A DNA stretch of 62,871 nucleotides. Origin: an uncultured Thermoprotei archaeon. Its GTDB lineage: Archaea; Thermoproteota; Thermoprotei; Thermofilales; B15-G2. A program made the translations under genes and the position numbers. The stretch lies in NCBI GenBank assembly GCA_965367815.1, contig CBDUKN010000017.1, positions 1 through 62,871 on the forward strand, in the 5' to 3' direction. Each line of letters starts with the position of its first letter. Position 1 is the stretch's first letter. Below are positions 39,922-51,119 of this stretch, one piece after another. Below the pieces are notes generated by a model, which was not told where the DNA came from, searched no databases, and saw only the letters and a program-made list of their open reading frames with translations.

Positions 39922-41133
39922 TTAAATTTTATGATAATTTACTTCACTATATTGCTTGTTTTGGTATAGTTTTATTAAGAAAAATGGTATTTCTTCATAT
40001 TCTAGTACTATTGTGCCTTTAGGATATTTGCGGTGTGGTTTTCCTGCTTTTACTTCTACTTTGAGGTTTCCGGCTATACAGTCTATTTCATAGCTATTTT
40101 TATAGTAGTATATTTCGCTGTATTTGCGGTAGAGGTGTTCTTGTACTATGTTTTCGAGTAATGCTGCTTCAAGATATTTTGTTCTCGACCACTCTGAGAA
40201 TAGTTGCAGTAGGAGTGGATCCCGGAAGAATATTTTCTTCTCTTTTCTATAGTATACTTTTTTCCCCTGCTTTAAGTAAGCGTATTCTAGAATGTAAAGG
40301 TTTTTAAAGAATTCTAGGTATTCTTGTACCGTTTTATAGGAGTACCCTGAAGTATCTTTCGCTATTGTTCGGAAGCTTAGTGGTGAAGGTATTTTTGAAA
40401 TTAGTGATGCGAATACCTCCTTAGCTATCTCTAGGCTTTTATTAAATCTTATGAAATCTCCTATAAATGCTTTTAGTATTTCTGTACTTGGATTCTTGTT
40501 TATTGTTAAAGGGAATCCTCCTGTAGTGAGGTATTGTTCGAAGAGATCTAGTACTCTGTCTTGTTGTAGCTTGTAGTCACTTATGCCGAAGACTTTGAGG
40601 TATTCTGGGAAACTTAACGGGAGCACTTCTATAATTTTGCCTTCGCCCATTCTTCCAGGAAAAAGCTCTATGTCTCTTTTAACTTTAAGCGAACTTGAAC
40701 CCGTAACTACTATAACGCTATTTAGGGCTTTGCCTGAGTCTATTAAGACTTTTACTGCTTTCCACCAGTTTTCAAGAGATGTCGCCTCATCTAGTATTAT
40801 TAGAAGATTTTGTCTGTTTTCAAGAAAATATAGAAGAGAGTCTCTTAGTTGAATAAAATCTGGAAATATTTCACAGCTTAAGTAAACTATCTTGCGAGGA
40901 TTATATCCGCTGTCGATGAGTTTTTTAATTAATAGCTTTAATCCAGTAGTCTTTCCTGCTTGTCTTGGTCCGATAACAAAGTTTAGTGAAAAAGGTTTAA
41001 GAGATATATCTTTTATCCACTCTGGTATCCACCGAATGGGCTGATTTTTCCATAAAATTAAGTCTTTGTCATAATTTTCCCAATCTTTGTGCTCCCACCA
41101 AGGATTAAAATCTCTCAGTACTCTAAAGTGCAT
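39922..41133 (-). CDS. AAA+ ATPase (AAA_14 + DUF4143)
   Basis: FNPWW, GPRQAGKTT, LDEA, TGSS, GGFP, LEN, EID. Confidence 0.9.
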   Translation of the reverse strand: MHFRVLRDFNPWWEHKDWENYDKDLILWKNQPIRWIPEWIKDISLKPFSLNFVIGPRQAGKTTGLKLLIKKLIDSGYNPRKIVYLSCEIFPDFIQLRDSLLYFLENRQNLLIILDEATSLENWWKAVKVLIDSGKALNSVIVVTGSSSLKVKRDIELFPGRMGEGKIIEVLPLSFPEYLKVFGISDYKLQQDRVLDLFEQYLTTGGFPLTINKNPSTEILKAFIGDFIRFNKSLEIAKEVFASLISKIPSPLSFRTIAKDTSGYSYKTVQEYLEFFKNLYILEYAYLKQGKKVYYRKEKKIFFRDPLLLQLFSEWSRTKYLEAALLENIVQEHLYRKYSEIYYYKNSYEIDCIAGNLKVEVKAGKPHRKYPKGTIVLEYEEIPFFLIKLYQNKQYSEVNYHKI

Positions 41134-41349
41134 GAGAAAAGAGAATTCTCAGAGGTATATAAATATTGAGAAGTAAGAGTTCTCACATTAGCTACAGAGG
41201 TAAGGAATACTACTGTATACTTGTTTACTTAGGAATATTCTGCAGTATGGTTTGCGGAAGTTCTGAAGTTTTGCATAGAGAAGACTTTGTATGTTTTATT
41301 GATACAAGGAATTCTTCTAGACTGCTTTCTAGTTTAAGGAAGTATAATT

Positions 41350-42198
41350 ATGGTTTTCGTAGAGAAAGCTAGGTTCATGAATATAGTTAGCGTGTAGCTG
41401 CTAGTGGAGAAAAGTATTCTGCTAAAGTCTTAGACTATGATGGGTGTTCTGTGAGTAAGGATTTTGATTGTTTAGGTGCTATTTGCGTGTTGCTTATAGG
41501 TGGGTAGGAGATATTGATATATGCCTGGAGTTTCAGCTTTATGAAGACTCATATGTTTTTCGTAATTAGTGTTAATGGAATTTGTCGAGGAGAGTTTATT
41601 GAAGTAGATTTTCCTAGATTTAGTAACATTAATGACAATTTATGGCTTGATGTAGCTAAAAGGTTTAAGAAGTGGAGCATTATTTGGGTTAAAACAGATA
41701 ATTTAACAGACAATTTATGTAATATTTTGGGAAGAAGGGCGGCTTAGAGGAAATAGGTGCTAAGGAAAAATGGCTGCTCGATATATTTGATGCTTTCAGT
41801 AAATATGGTACTCTCGTGCAGCTATGTATGACTCCTAGCGTAGTTTACCCGGTTGCCTTGAAGTCTAAGGGAGCTTGCTTTGCGAGAACAGAGATTATTT
41901 TAGACGTTACCCTGATCACATTAAGCTATATCAAGGCTTCTATAACTCGGCTTTAGCGTGGGCTTTTGGAATATATCCTTGCTTCGGTGTATTCTATGCT
42001 AGCGATAAGTCCTATATCGAGACAGATAAACTGACTGCCGTGGACTGGGGATTTCCTAAAGTAAGCTATATTACTGTAAAAGATACGAACAAGGAGTTCC
42101 AGCTATTAGGTCACGCGCTCAGCTGCGGCGTAGTCTATATAGGAACTTGTATTCTATTTAACTTGTTTGGCATGCTCCGACTTAAGCCACTCTATTAG
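41350..42198 (+). pseudogene. Degraded unknown gene (fragments)
   Basis: Successive short coding-like frames (41514-41747, 41875-42198). Confidence 0.3.
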
Positions 42199-42717
42199 CT
42201 TCATGAACGCCCTATAGCGGTGACTAATTTTCTTTTTCAACTCATAGTTCTCAGCAAATGTCTGACTATAGCCTTCGGGAATAAATATTGGGTCAAAGCC
42301 AAAACCGCTTTCTCCTCTCTTCTCGTAGGCTATTCTACCGTAGACTCTGCCTTCAAAAAGCTTTAATATACGACCATCATAGTAGCCTACAACAGCCTTA
42401 AAGTAAGCACTCCTATTCTCAACCCCTTCCATTAGCTTAAGAATACCCTCGTTGCCAATAGTCTCAAGCACGTATCTAGAGTAGGGGCCTGGAAAACCAT
42501 TTAAGGCTTCAATAAATAGTCCAGCATCTTCTACAACAACAGGCTTTTTAACTAAACCATAGGCTTGTTTAAGCTTATATTCTGCAACAAACTCGAGATC
42601 TCCTTGAGGCTCAACTAGCTTCACAGTGAGCTGTTTTAAACTAACACCTATTTCTCTGAAAAGCTTCTCAACTTCAAGAAACTTATGCTTGTTTCCTGTG
42701 ACGAAATATACTTCCAC
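42154..42717 (-). CDS. rdgB: Non-canonical purine NTP pyrophosphatase (RdgB/HAM1)
   Basis: TGNKHK, EDAGL..LNGFPGPY, GFGFDPIF, SHR. Confidence 0.96.
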   Translation of the reverse strand: MEVYFVTGNKHKFLEVEKLFREIGVSLKQLTVKLVEPQGDLEFVAEYKLKQAYGLVKKPVVVEDAGLFIEALNGFPGPYSRYVLETIGNEGILKLMEGVENRSAYFKAVVGYYDGRILKLFEGRVYGRIAYEKRGESGFGFDPIFIPEGYSQTFAENYELKKKISHRYRAFMKLIEWLKSEHAKQVK

Positions 42718-42905
42718 AAATAAACCAAAACACTCAACTAATAAATTTTACAACTATAAGCTACAGCTAACTAAACTAGTACCTTAGCTTTCATTAAACA
42801 TACTCTCTCATACTTCATACCCTCCGTTTAAGCTTTTCATTCAGCTTGGAGAATAATGCTTGAGTTAGAAATTTTTAGAATTATAAAAAAGAATAATTGT
42901 TGAAT

Positions 42906-45143
42906 TTATTTTTTAGCTTTTCTTCTTTTATATAACAGTATTGAAGCTATTGCTATCAATGCTACCAGTCCTAGAATAGTGATAATGACTAAAGAAGAGT
43001 ACTCCTTTTTCCACGCGGCCCTAATAGTCATTGGCTTGCCGACAGTAAATGAGAAACTCGGCTGCTTCGATAGGATTTCTCCATTTTCATCTACCCATCC
43101 TGTGAATACGTATCTAGCTATGCTCGTCTCTACAACCGTGTTGCTTACCGATATTTTTGCCTCAGAACCTTCGTCATACCATCCTGAACCTTCTACTGTT
43201 ACTCCAAGATTTTTCAATTCGTCTGGTAAAACTACATTGATGTAGTACTGGGTCTTCCATCTTGCTTCAATTGAGAGAGGTTCTGTTACTTCTAGTTCTA
43301 TTTCAGGTTCCGCACTTAACATTGTACCGTTGTGGAAATACCATCCGAGAAACTTGACTCTCGTAGTGCTATTTTGAGGAAGGTATATGACTTCGTTTTC
43401 TTCACTATATATTCCTAGTGTTAAAGTAAGTTTAGTTCCGTAGATATATCTACCTGATTTTACAGGTATTGGTATTTCGCTTTCAATAGAGACTGGTATA
43501 GAGTTTTTCCAGATAATGCTTAGAGCCGTTAATGTAAATAAATCGGCGCCTTCAAGCACTAAGAAGCCTCGAGGCAGTAATCGAGAAACAATTAATGGAT
43601 CAGGTTTAATTCCCAGAGCTCTACAAATCCATAGATATAAAGCGAGTCCCCATTCATCTGCGTACATTCCTGATATAATCATTTCTTCGACTTCGCTTAA
43701 CAAGCCATATACGTCGTTTTTGTCATAACTGCCCATCATAAGCTTTACTAGAACAGCCATTAACGTTGCAACCACGCTTGGTTCTTCCTCGTATAGATAA
43801 TACCTATAGGCTTTACCTATTCTGAATTTTTCAAGCTGATTTAGTATATCGTTTTTGTCTATGTTATTTACCAGATTAGATTCATTTAAACCCCAGACTA
43901 GGAAGAATAAGTCTTCGGTGAATTCAGGCGTATATTTTAGGGTCTTTAAGGCTTTTAGTGCTTTGTTCACATCCATTGTTTCCTCTTCGCCAATAGCTAT
44001 TAGTGTGCCTAAGCTTAGGGCCGTTGATACAGTGTCGAAATCTCTATCTTTGAGAGAAATAAGTCCATATTCGTCTTGAACATATAGTTTAGAAAGTTTT
44101 TCGATATTTAAGCTATCAATTTTATTTAAAAGTTTAAGAGAATATACAGCTAAAAATGTTCCTAGTACACTCGATGGAGTGTTAAAACCTCCATTTCGAT
44201 ATAGCGGTTTTAATAAAGATACAATCTTCTCTTTAGCTTCTGCATCCATAGCTTCAAGCTCGCCTAGAGTCCTAGCACAGTAGTAGAGGTCGACCATGTC
44301 CCAAGGTTCTCTGAGAGAAGTAGTCCACCTGTACCTTAATTCATCTTTTATAAATTTCACAATAGAGCTCTTAGATATAGTGAAATTAAGCACTTTAGCA
44401 ATGTAGACTCCCTTAAAGTTGGACACACAGCTATAATCACTTCTGGGAGACTCTAAAAATAGATTATTTACGTATAGTCTTTGCAGCTTCTCTCTTACAG
44501 TACTTAAATTCAGTTTCTCAAGAGCTCCTAGCGCTTGAGCAATTACAATAACAGCATAGAGGCTGTGTATGTCGTCTTTCTGCTCAAGAGCTTCTCCGAT
44601 AGTCTTAAGGATCTCGCCTTTTTCTTCATCAGAGAATTCATAACCAAGTATAAACAGTGCTGTAGCCAGTTCAGCAGCGTCCCTAAGGTATACAGAATCT
44701 TCTGATGACCTATATTCTTTTAGATTACTTAGAAATTCTTCTTTTATATTTTCTATTAACAGTTCTTTATTTGGAATATCTTCTAGTTTTCCAGTTAAGT
44801 TTAGAAGCTGTACTGCGTAATAATAGTTGAACGATAACCAGTAACCTTGTCTATAAGTAAAGTGTCCTTCTTCACATGAATAATGTTTGAACACAAAATC
44901 GCTTATTTCCCTTAATTCTTTTTCGCTTAAGGAATTAGCATAATATAGAGCCATGGCACCATAGAACGTAGTCTCTAAGTTTCTCCTTAATCCGAAGCCT
45001 CCATCTGAATTCATGTGCATCATAATAGCCTCGGCAATATCCTCTGCTGTAAAAGCAAGAGAATTATTGTAAGGAGCTGAAGAAGCAAGCAGCGAAGCTG
45101 TTAAAAGCACAGTGAAAAGGCACGGCAGAATAGATCTATTCAT
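42906..45143 (-). CDS. Secreted prenyltransferase/squalene-cyclase-repeat protein with C-terminal beta domains and membrane anchor
   Basis: NSDGGFG/NGGF repeats, GSGWYDEG motif, signal peptide, C-terminal TM. Confidence 0.7.
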   Translation of the reverse strand: MNRSILPCLFTVLLTASLLASSAPYNNSLAFTAEDIAEAIMMHMNSDGGFGLRRNLETTFYGAMALYYANSLSEKELREISDFVFKHYSCEEGHFTYRQGYWLSFNYYYAVQLLNLTGKLEDIPNKELLIENIKEEFLSNLKEYRSSEDSVYLRDAAELATALFILGYEFSDEEKGEILKTIGEALEQKDDIHSLYAVIVIAQALGALEKLNLSTVREKLQRLYVNNLFLESPRSDYSCVSNFKGVYIAKVLNFTISKSSIVKFIKDELRYRWTTSLREPWDMVDLYYCARTLGELEAMDAEAKEKIVSLLKPLYRNGGFNTPSSVLGTFLAVYSLKLLNKIDSLNIEKLSKLYVQDEYGLISLKDRDFDTVSTALSLGTLIAIGEEETMDVNKALKALKTLKYTPEFTEDLFFLVWGLNESNLVNNIDKNDILNQLEKFRIGKAYRYYLYEEEPSVVATLMAVLVKLMMGSYDKNDVYGLLSEVEEMIISGMYADEWGLALYLWICRALGIKPDPLIVSRLLPRGFLVLEGADLFTLTALSIIWKNSIPVSIESEIPIPVKSGRYIYGTKLTLTLGIYSEENEVIYLPQNSTTRVKFLGWYFHNGTMLSAEPEIELEVTEPLSIEARWKTQYYINVVLPDELKNLGVTVEGSGWYDEGSEAKISVSNTVVETSIARYVFTGWVDENGEILSKQPSFSFTVGKPMTIRAAWKKEYSSLVIITILGLVALIAIASILLYKRRKAKK

Positions 45144-45282
45144 GCCTTCTCACCAGTACCTGTACTATTGAAAAATCTATTTATGACTTTCGTTTCCATA
45201 TTTATCTTAACCGTATACTTTTGAATCTTAACGATATCATTAGAGTTAAAGCCTAGCCTCACCGTTTACCCCTAGATGAGAA

Positions 45283-46052
45283 CTAGTAGGGCCCAAACTT
45301 CTTCTCAATCTTGTCCAGCTTCTCCGTTAGTTTGCCTCCAACTCTCTCGAAGGTCTCGCTGATGTCTCTGTACTGGACTAGATGTAGGAGTGTCTTCCAC
45401 GCCTGCTCGGGATTATCCACTTGATACAGCGAGTTGGTTAACGTCGGGTAGAGCGGGACACGCACAGGTGCTACACCGGACGCGACCCTTAATCCGAACG
45501 CTTCCATGTCAATCATGGTCGGTATGACCGTTCCGTAGCCGAAGAGTCTCCCAATGAGCCCCTGCTTAATACTCACATCGCTCAATTTGCTGTATATCCT
45601 TGCCTTGCCCTCTCGGCTTATCCACTTATCTTCTATCAAGAGCTTCTTATCGGTTACAACGTACTTCACGGATTTCACTCTCGCTATGAAGAGCGGTATT
45701 GTTACCGCCGTTATCAGGATATAGAGGACGTAGTAAGCTCTGCCGAAGACTAGGGGGCGACTATGAAGGTAGCCCTCATAGAGCTTGAGGCATATGAGCC
45801 CAGACACGCCCGCTGGGATTAGTAGCGCGAAGAATCGCACGAAGAGGAAGTGGAGCACTCCGTATTTGTAGAATGGTACCTTGGGGTCGGGTAGCAGGTA
45901 CTTGTCGATGAACACGGACACTAGGATGGTCAGTAGGGTGCATAGCGCTATGCCGACGCTCTGGACGGCGATCCACTTCCTGCTGACTTTGAACTCTGCC
46001 AGAGTTCTCTCTTCTACTGGGTACCTGCCGCCACATACTCTGGGATCGCCAT
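45283..46052 (-). CDS. Bacterial-PH (bPH_2) domain membrane protein; 5' part appears frameshifted
   Basis: YVVTDKKL, VSIKQGLIGRLFGYGTV; frame continues upstream of 45921 toward an ATG near 46050. Confidence 0.7.
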
Positions 46053-46266
46053 ATCTATATCCCCTATCGTAATACTATGATATAACTATATAAACCTAAA
46101 TAAACTTAATAAGAGAACGCTTGTTTTATTTGATGTTCATGATGTATGCTAGTACTGTTTTTGTGCTAGGTTACTGCGCTAATGGTGTAGTTAATGGTGT
46201 TCTTTGCGAGCTCTATTCTGCTTCTTAACGATTACTTTTATTAAGTTTTCTGGACTAGTCAGTTAA

Positions 46267-47337
46267 GTGGAGTTTAGAAAAGGTACTTGGATACACATAC
46301 CGAAGACTTTTAGTGAGGCAGACTTCGAGAAAGCAGCTAAGGACTTGGCGGACATAGGGTTTAATGAAGTCTACCTTATTGTGTCTGGGGGTCACGGTAC
46401 TCTTTATCCGAGTGAAGTTAGGCCTCAGCCACCTAACCTTAAGGGTAAGGACTTAGTTTCGCCTTTCGTAAGAGAACTGAAGAAGGCTGGGCTTAAAGTT
46501 CATGCATGGATTATCTCACTTAATTTGCCTAACGAAGAATTTGTTCAGAAACATAGGGACTGGTATGTTGTAAATAAAGAGGGGGTCAGTTGCGTTGACT
46601 CTCCTCCTTACGTTCAGTACTATAAGTGGCTCTGTCCTACGAGAGAAGAAGTTAGAGAAAATTTGAAGAGCCTCTTTTTAGAAATAGCTGAGAAATTTGA
46701 TGTAGATGGCTTACACTTTGACTACATTAGGTTACCCGATATACTGCTTCCTAAGGCTCTGAGAAGAAGATACGAGGGTGTGCCAGAAGAAGATGTTCTT
46801 CAGCCGCGCTTCGATTACTGTTACTGTAAAGTATGTAGAGGGAAGTTTATGGACGAGTATGGTGTAGACCCTATTGAACTCAAGTATATTGAGCCTCTTT
46901 ACGGCAAGTGGTTTAAGTGGAGATCTGATAGAATAACTTCGCTTGTTAAGGAAATATGTAGGGCAGTTAAGAACTATGATAGTAGTCTTGAAGTTTCTGC
47001 AGCTGTTTTCGCTACACCTAAGCTTGCATACGAGTATGTTTTCCAGAACTGGACTATGTGGGGAATAGACCACTATAACCCTATGATCTACCATGAGATG
47101 TACGGAGAGCCATCAACGTGGATAGGTGAAGCTGTTCGTGAAGCTGCCTTAAAGGGAGTTAATGTGTGTGCAGGCATACTCGTAAACTTCATGAAAAGCA
47201 GAGAAGAAACGATACGGGCGTTTAAGCTTGCTAAAGAAAACGGGGGAATCGGAGTAACTGTGTTCGTGTATCCCTTTCCTCGACCTGAGCTAAGGGGCTG
47301 GGTTAAAGCCGCCTTAAAGGAGCTTGACTCAGAGTAA
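46267..47337 (+). CDS. GHL10 (DUF187) glycoside hydrolase-like protein
   Basis: KVHAW, WLCP, DGLHFDYIR, QNW, PMIY. Confidence 0.85.
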   Translation: MEFRKGTWIHIPKTFSEADFEKAAKDLADIGFNEVYLIVSGGHGTLYPSEVRPQPPNLKGKDLVSPFVRELKKAGLKVHAWIISLNLPNEEFVQKHRDWYVVNKEGVSCVDSPPYVQYYKWLCPTREEVRENLKSLFLEIAEKFDVDGLHFDYIRLPDILLPKALRRRYEGVPEEDVLQPRFDYCYCKVCRGKFMDEYGVDPIELKYIEPLYGKWFKWRSDRITSLVKEICRAVKNYDSSLEVSAAVFATPKLAYEYVFQNWTMWGIDHYNPMIYHEMYGEPSTWIGEAVREAALKGVNVCAGILVNFMKSREETIRAFKLAKENGGIGVTVFVYPFPRPELRGWVKAALKELDSE

Positions 47338-47373
47338 ACTTCAATTAAGTTTAGCATTGTAGCTGTAACTCAA

Positions 47374-47802
47374 TTAAAGGAGAAGTAGAAATGGTAAGAT
47401 CAGTATTCTAGCTAAAGTTATTAGAAACATTCTTTTAGGAGTTACCTTGACTTGAGCAATACCTAGTCTAGCGTACCAAAGTACTTTGTTGCTAAATGGA
47501 TTAAAGTAGAATTTAATCCACTTCAGCCAGTCCGAAGGCCTTACTGCCCAGAAGTGCCAAGTAGTATCGTTTAGAATCCACACTATCCAGGCAAGCTTAA
47601 ATGCTTCTACTAGTCCTAGAGGGACAAAGGGTGCTATGTAGAGTAAAGCCAATAGAATATGATACATGTCCTTAGGTATTTTCCTCGCATCAAACTTAAA
47701 TGGTGCTCTAAGAGACCACAGCCCTCTTGTCCAGAGAAGTACTTCCATAACGTTTATGAACTGAGCGTAAGTAGTAGCGAAAACTAACGCTATGGGTAGC
47801 AT
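47374..47802 (-). CDS. Hypothetical membrane protein
   Basis: Hydrophobic 142-aa ORF. Confidence 0.65.
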   Translation of the reverse strand: MLPIALVFATTYAQFINVMEVLLWTRGLWSLRAPFKFDARKIPKDMYHILLALLYIAPFVPLGLVEAFKLAWIVWILNDTTWHFWAVRPSDWLKWIKFYFNPFSNKVLWYARLGIAQVKVTPKRMFLITLARILILPFLLLL

Positions 47803-47841
47803 TACAAGTTAGCTATTCTCTGCGCAGTGTTTTAAATATTT

Positions 47842-48975
47842 CTAAGTGCACTTAGCTTTCTCTTCAACTATTTCGGAGACCTTTTTCACTCTAGTGATGT
47901 CGCCGTCGGGTGGAACTTGGTCGGCTACACCTATTATGAACTTGTAGTCGCTTCGATAGAGCTCTATTAGCTTGAGAAGAGTTTCCACAAGGAGATCTTC
48001 GCGGTATTTTTCGCTGAAATATACGCCGGGAAGGCCTCCCCACAATATGACGATGGGGCCTGCTTCTTCTCTGAATTTCTCTAAGGGCATATCGCCTACT
48101 GGAGCCGGTGTAAGTGACTGAACACAGTCTACGCCTGTTTTTGGAACAAGATTTAGTAGTCCTCGTAGCCTTCCATCTATATGTACATAGATCTTCTTTT
48201 TAGCTGCATGAAGCTGCTCTACTCTCTTTTTATAGTAGTCGAAGCAATATTTCTTGAAGAGCCTTGGGCTAACAATATCGCTTGAAAGATTTTCGCCGAA
48301 GTAAACGTACTCTGCTGGAGCTCCTCGAATAGCTTCGTAGATAGGGTCGTCGACTTTCATCATTGTTTCGAGGACTTCTTCGAAAAGTTCTTTTGACTTG
48401 ACCATAAGCTTATAAGTATTCATGACGCCGGCCCACTCGATTATTATTCTGAGTAAAGGTGTTCTTGGAGGCAGGCTACTTACAATGCCCCAGCCGCGCC
48501 ACATTTCCATTAGCTTTAACTGTCTCTCGTAGGCTGCGTGATCTGGCTTGACTACCATGTCTTCGTAAATATACTTGAGTACTTTGAGGTCTCTGTCCGA
48601 CTCTACAGGATACTTTACTATAGCAGAGCTATAGGATACAGGCGAGTATTTCCTTACTTTAGTTAGAGTTCCTAGAGGAGTCTCGAATACTGTTTTCTCT
48701 AGCCGACTTCCGCTCTCTAGTTTCTCGACGAAAGTTCTTATTTTAATGGTCTTGTAGGATATTTTGACTACTGGTCCGTAGAGTTCTTCGTGTGCTCCAC
48801 ATCCCAGTTCCTTATAGAGTCTTAATCTGCCTTCATCCCCTCGATACTTTTCAGGCAAATCTCCTTTAGTTAAGTGAGCATGATACCAGTAAGTCAAGTC
48901 AGCAAACCACGGCATGACGTCAGGTTTTTCGCCTCTAAAAACAGCATTAATTCGTTCTTCGGGAAGCACATTCAC
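47842..48975 (-). CDS. Uroporphyrinogen decarboxylase-like (URO-D/MtbA-fold) protein
   Basis: ERINAVFRGEKPD, SPRLF, HIDG, LWGGLP. Confidence 0.8.
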   Translation of the reverse strand: MNVLPEERINAVFRGEKPDVMPWFADLTYWYHAHLTKGDLPEKYRGDEGRLRLYKELGCGAHEELYGPVVKISYKTIKIRTFVEKLESGSRLEKTVFETPLGTLTKVRKYSPVSYSSAIVKYPVESDRDLKVLKYIYEDMVVKPDHAAYERQLKLMEMWRGWGIVSSLPPRTPLLRIIIEWAGVMNTYKLMVKSKELFEEVLETMMKVDDPIYEAIRGAPAEYVYFGENLSSDIVSPRLFKKYCFDYYKKRVEQLHAAKKKIYVHIDGRLRGLLNLVPKTGVDCVQSLTPAPVGDMPLEKFREEAGPIVILWGGLPGVYFSEKYREDLLVETLLKLIELYRSDYKFIIGVADQVPPDGDITRVKKVSEIVEEKAKCT

Positions 48976-49069
48976 TACTTCTATGTAAAACTAAATAATA
49001 CTACTGACCTCGCTTCTGCTAGTAGCTTTCCGTAATTAAGGCTAAATATTGATTTAAAGCAAAAATAGT

Positions 49070-49830
49070 ATGCCTAAGCTTCTCGATGTCATAGTTATAG
49101 GCGCGGGTTCTGCTGGGCTTTCTGCAGCTTCTCAGCTGCAGAAAAGGATTTTTAGAGTAGTTGTTCTCGAGAAAGGAGAAAGCCTAACTATGAGAAACTT
49201 TGCGGCGGCTATATACCAGCTCCTGTTTTTGAGGCTTTCAGTACTCCGAAGACTATTGCCAACTACTCTGTTAAAGGGATAAAAATAGTTGCTAAGGAAA
49301 ATGAGTGGGTCGTAGAGTTCGACGAAGTCGTAGGATATAATGTTGATAGAACAAAATTTGCTGAATACCTGGCTAGTAGAGTTAAGAAAAGGGGAGGAGA
49401 GATCTTAACTGATACTATTGCATTAAAAGTTTATTAAAGCGAAAATAATGTCACCCTGATACGCAAAGATAGACACTTTGAGGCGAGAATAGCTGTGGCT
49501 GCTGATAGAGTATGCTCGCGTGTAGGAGGAGAAATTAGAGAAGAATTCAAGCTCGAGGACCTTGGGTTAGCTATTCAAGTAAAATGTTCTTTAAGTAAAA
49601 GTTTTGAGGAATCTTCACGAAGCCTCAACGTCACACTTCTAGGTAGAGAATTTTCTCCACTAAGCTATGCTTACGCTAAAGATGTTTGTGAAAAGAAAAT
49701 ATCATCGGCTAAAATGCTTAATGATTCTATTATGAGAAGAGCTGTAGCAGAACTTTACACTGATAGAAGAGAACTTCATAAACTAGTTTTAGCTAGCCTC
49801 CTTAGAGTCCCAGTAATTCTTTTTAGGTGA
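49070..49830 (+). pseudogene. Geranylgeranyl reductase family FAD oxidoreductase, degraded
   Basis: VIGAGSAG, VLEK, DR..F and AAD fragments across frames. Confidence 0.75.
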
Positions 49831-50008
49831 TTACATCTAATTACTATAATTAATTATTTAAGATTAATTTTTCATAGAAATTACAGAGCTAAACTTATAC
49901 TTAATTTAATCTATTTTGAAAATATGTTTTAGGCATTTAACTTTAATTTAAAAACTTTCAGAATAAAATATTTATCTGAATCTATGTAGAATAAATGGGA
50001 AATATTAA

Positions 50009-50248
50009 ATGAAAGTTAGAGTTGGTAAACGTGGTGTTATAGTTATTCCTAAAGAAGTAAGAGATAAAATGAATATTAGGGAAGGTATGGTGCTAGATCT
50101 TCAAGTCGAGGCTGATAAAATTATCTTAAGAGTTAAAGATCTATGGAGCGAGCTTAGAAAAAGAGGTCGATTACTAAAAGTAAATGTTGATGAAGCTGAA
50201 AAAGAGCTTGATGAAGCTGATGAACTATGGTTAAAAAGACTAGAATAA
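50009..50248 (+). CDS. AbrB/MazE-family antitoxin
   Basis: VGKRGVIVIPKEVR..IREG. Confidence 0.9.
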   Translation: MKVRVGKRGVIVIPKEVRDKMNIREGMVLDLQVEADKIILRVKDLWSELRKRGRLLKVNVDEAEKELDEADELWLKRLE

Positions 50249-50682
50249 TCGTAGTAGATACTTATGCGATAATAGCTGACTTAACAGGTACTATTACTAA
50301 GCGGGCTTTAGATGTAATCGAGTCTATTAGGCTTGGTGAAACTGAGGGCCTACTACATTATCTTATAATATGTGAGCTTGCCTATCACTGGAGAAAAGGT
50401 AGGTTACCTTTCATAAGTGAAGAAGAATTTTTAGAATTCATTGACCTGTATTTTAAGGTAGTCGACCTCGATCCTCATTTAGCTTTAGAAGCCTCTCGTG
50501 TCAAAATCGAGGGAAACATATTTTTGAAAAAAGCATCAGATCAGAGGCTTAGAAAAAGAACTCTTTCTTTAGCCGACGCTACTACGATAGCATTAGCTTT
50601 AAAATATAATGCACCAGTGCTCACAGGTGACATAGATTTATCTTATGTAGCTGAGCGCCTAGGAGTAGAAGTCATATGGTAA
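50227..50682 (+). CDS. vapC: VapC PIN toxin
   Basis: VVDTYA, EL, SLAD, TGD. Confidence 0.9.
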   Translation: MVKKTRIIVVDTYAIIADLTGTITKRALDVIESIRLGETEGLLHYLIICELAYHWRKGRLPFISEEEFLEFIDLYFKVVDLDPHLALEASRVKIEGNIFLKKASDQRLRKRTLSLADATTIALALKYNAPVLTGDIDLSYVAERLGVEVIW

Positions 50683-50720
50683 ACTAGTGTTCAAGGCTAA
50701 GTAAACAATTTATTGTAGTC

Positions 50721-51119
50721 TTGTTAGTGTGCTGTGTGAAAACAGTTGTTAAAGAACTCGTTGTAGAAACTGAAGGTACATATTATGCTGTAGATTTAAC
50801 GTCTACTGTAGCTGAAGAAGTAAAGAAAGCGGGCATTAAAAACGGTACCGTGACAGTATTCTCCGAGGATCCTCTCTGCCCCATCTTCACTATAGAGTAT
50901 GAACCCAAACTTATGTCAGATCTAGTTACATACGTTAAGAAACTTTCAAGCGATGAAACCAAGGCCCGGCTTTTAGCGGCAACAGTTCTAGGAACAAGTC
51001 TGACAGTACCAGTGGTCGACGGAACTCCTGTTACAGCTACTTTTCAGCAAATAGTTTTACTTGAACTTAATAAAGAGGGGGGCTCGAGGAAAATCTACTT
51101 GGTGATTCAAGGTGAGTAA
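50721..51119 (+). CDS. YjbQ/UPF0047 family protein (divergent copy)
   Basis: DLT..GIKNG..E..PVVDG..FQQIVLLE. Confidence 0.8.
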   Translation: MLVCCVKTVVKELVVETEGTYYAVDLTSTVAEEVKKAGIKNGTVTVFSEDPLCPIFTIEYEPKLMSDLVTYVKKLSSDETKARLLAATVLGTSLTVPVVDGTPVTATFQQIVLLELNKEGGSRKIYLVIQGE

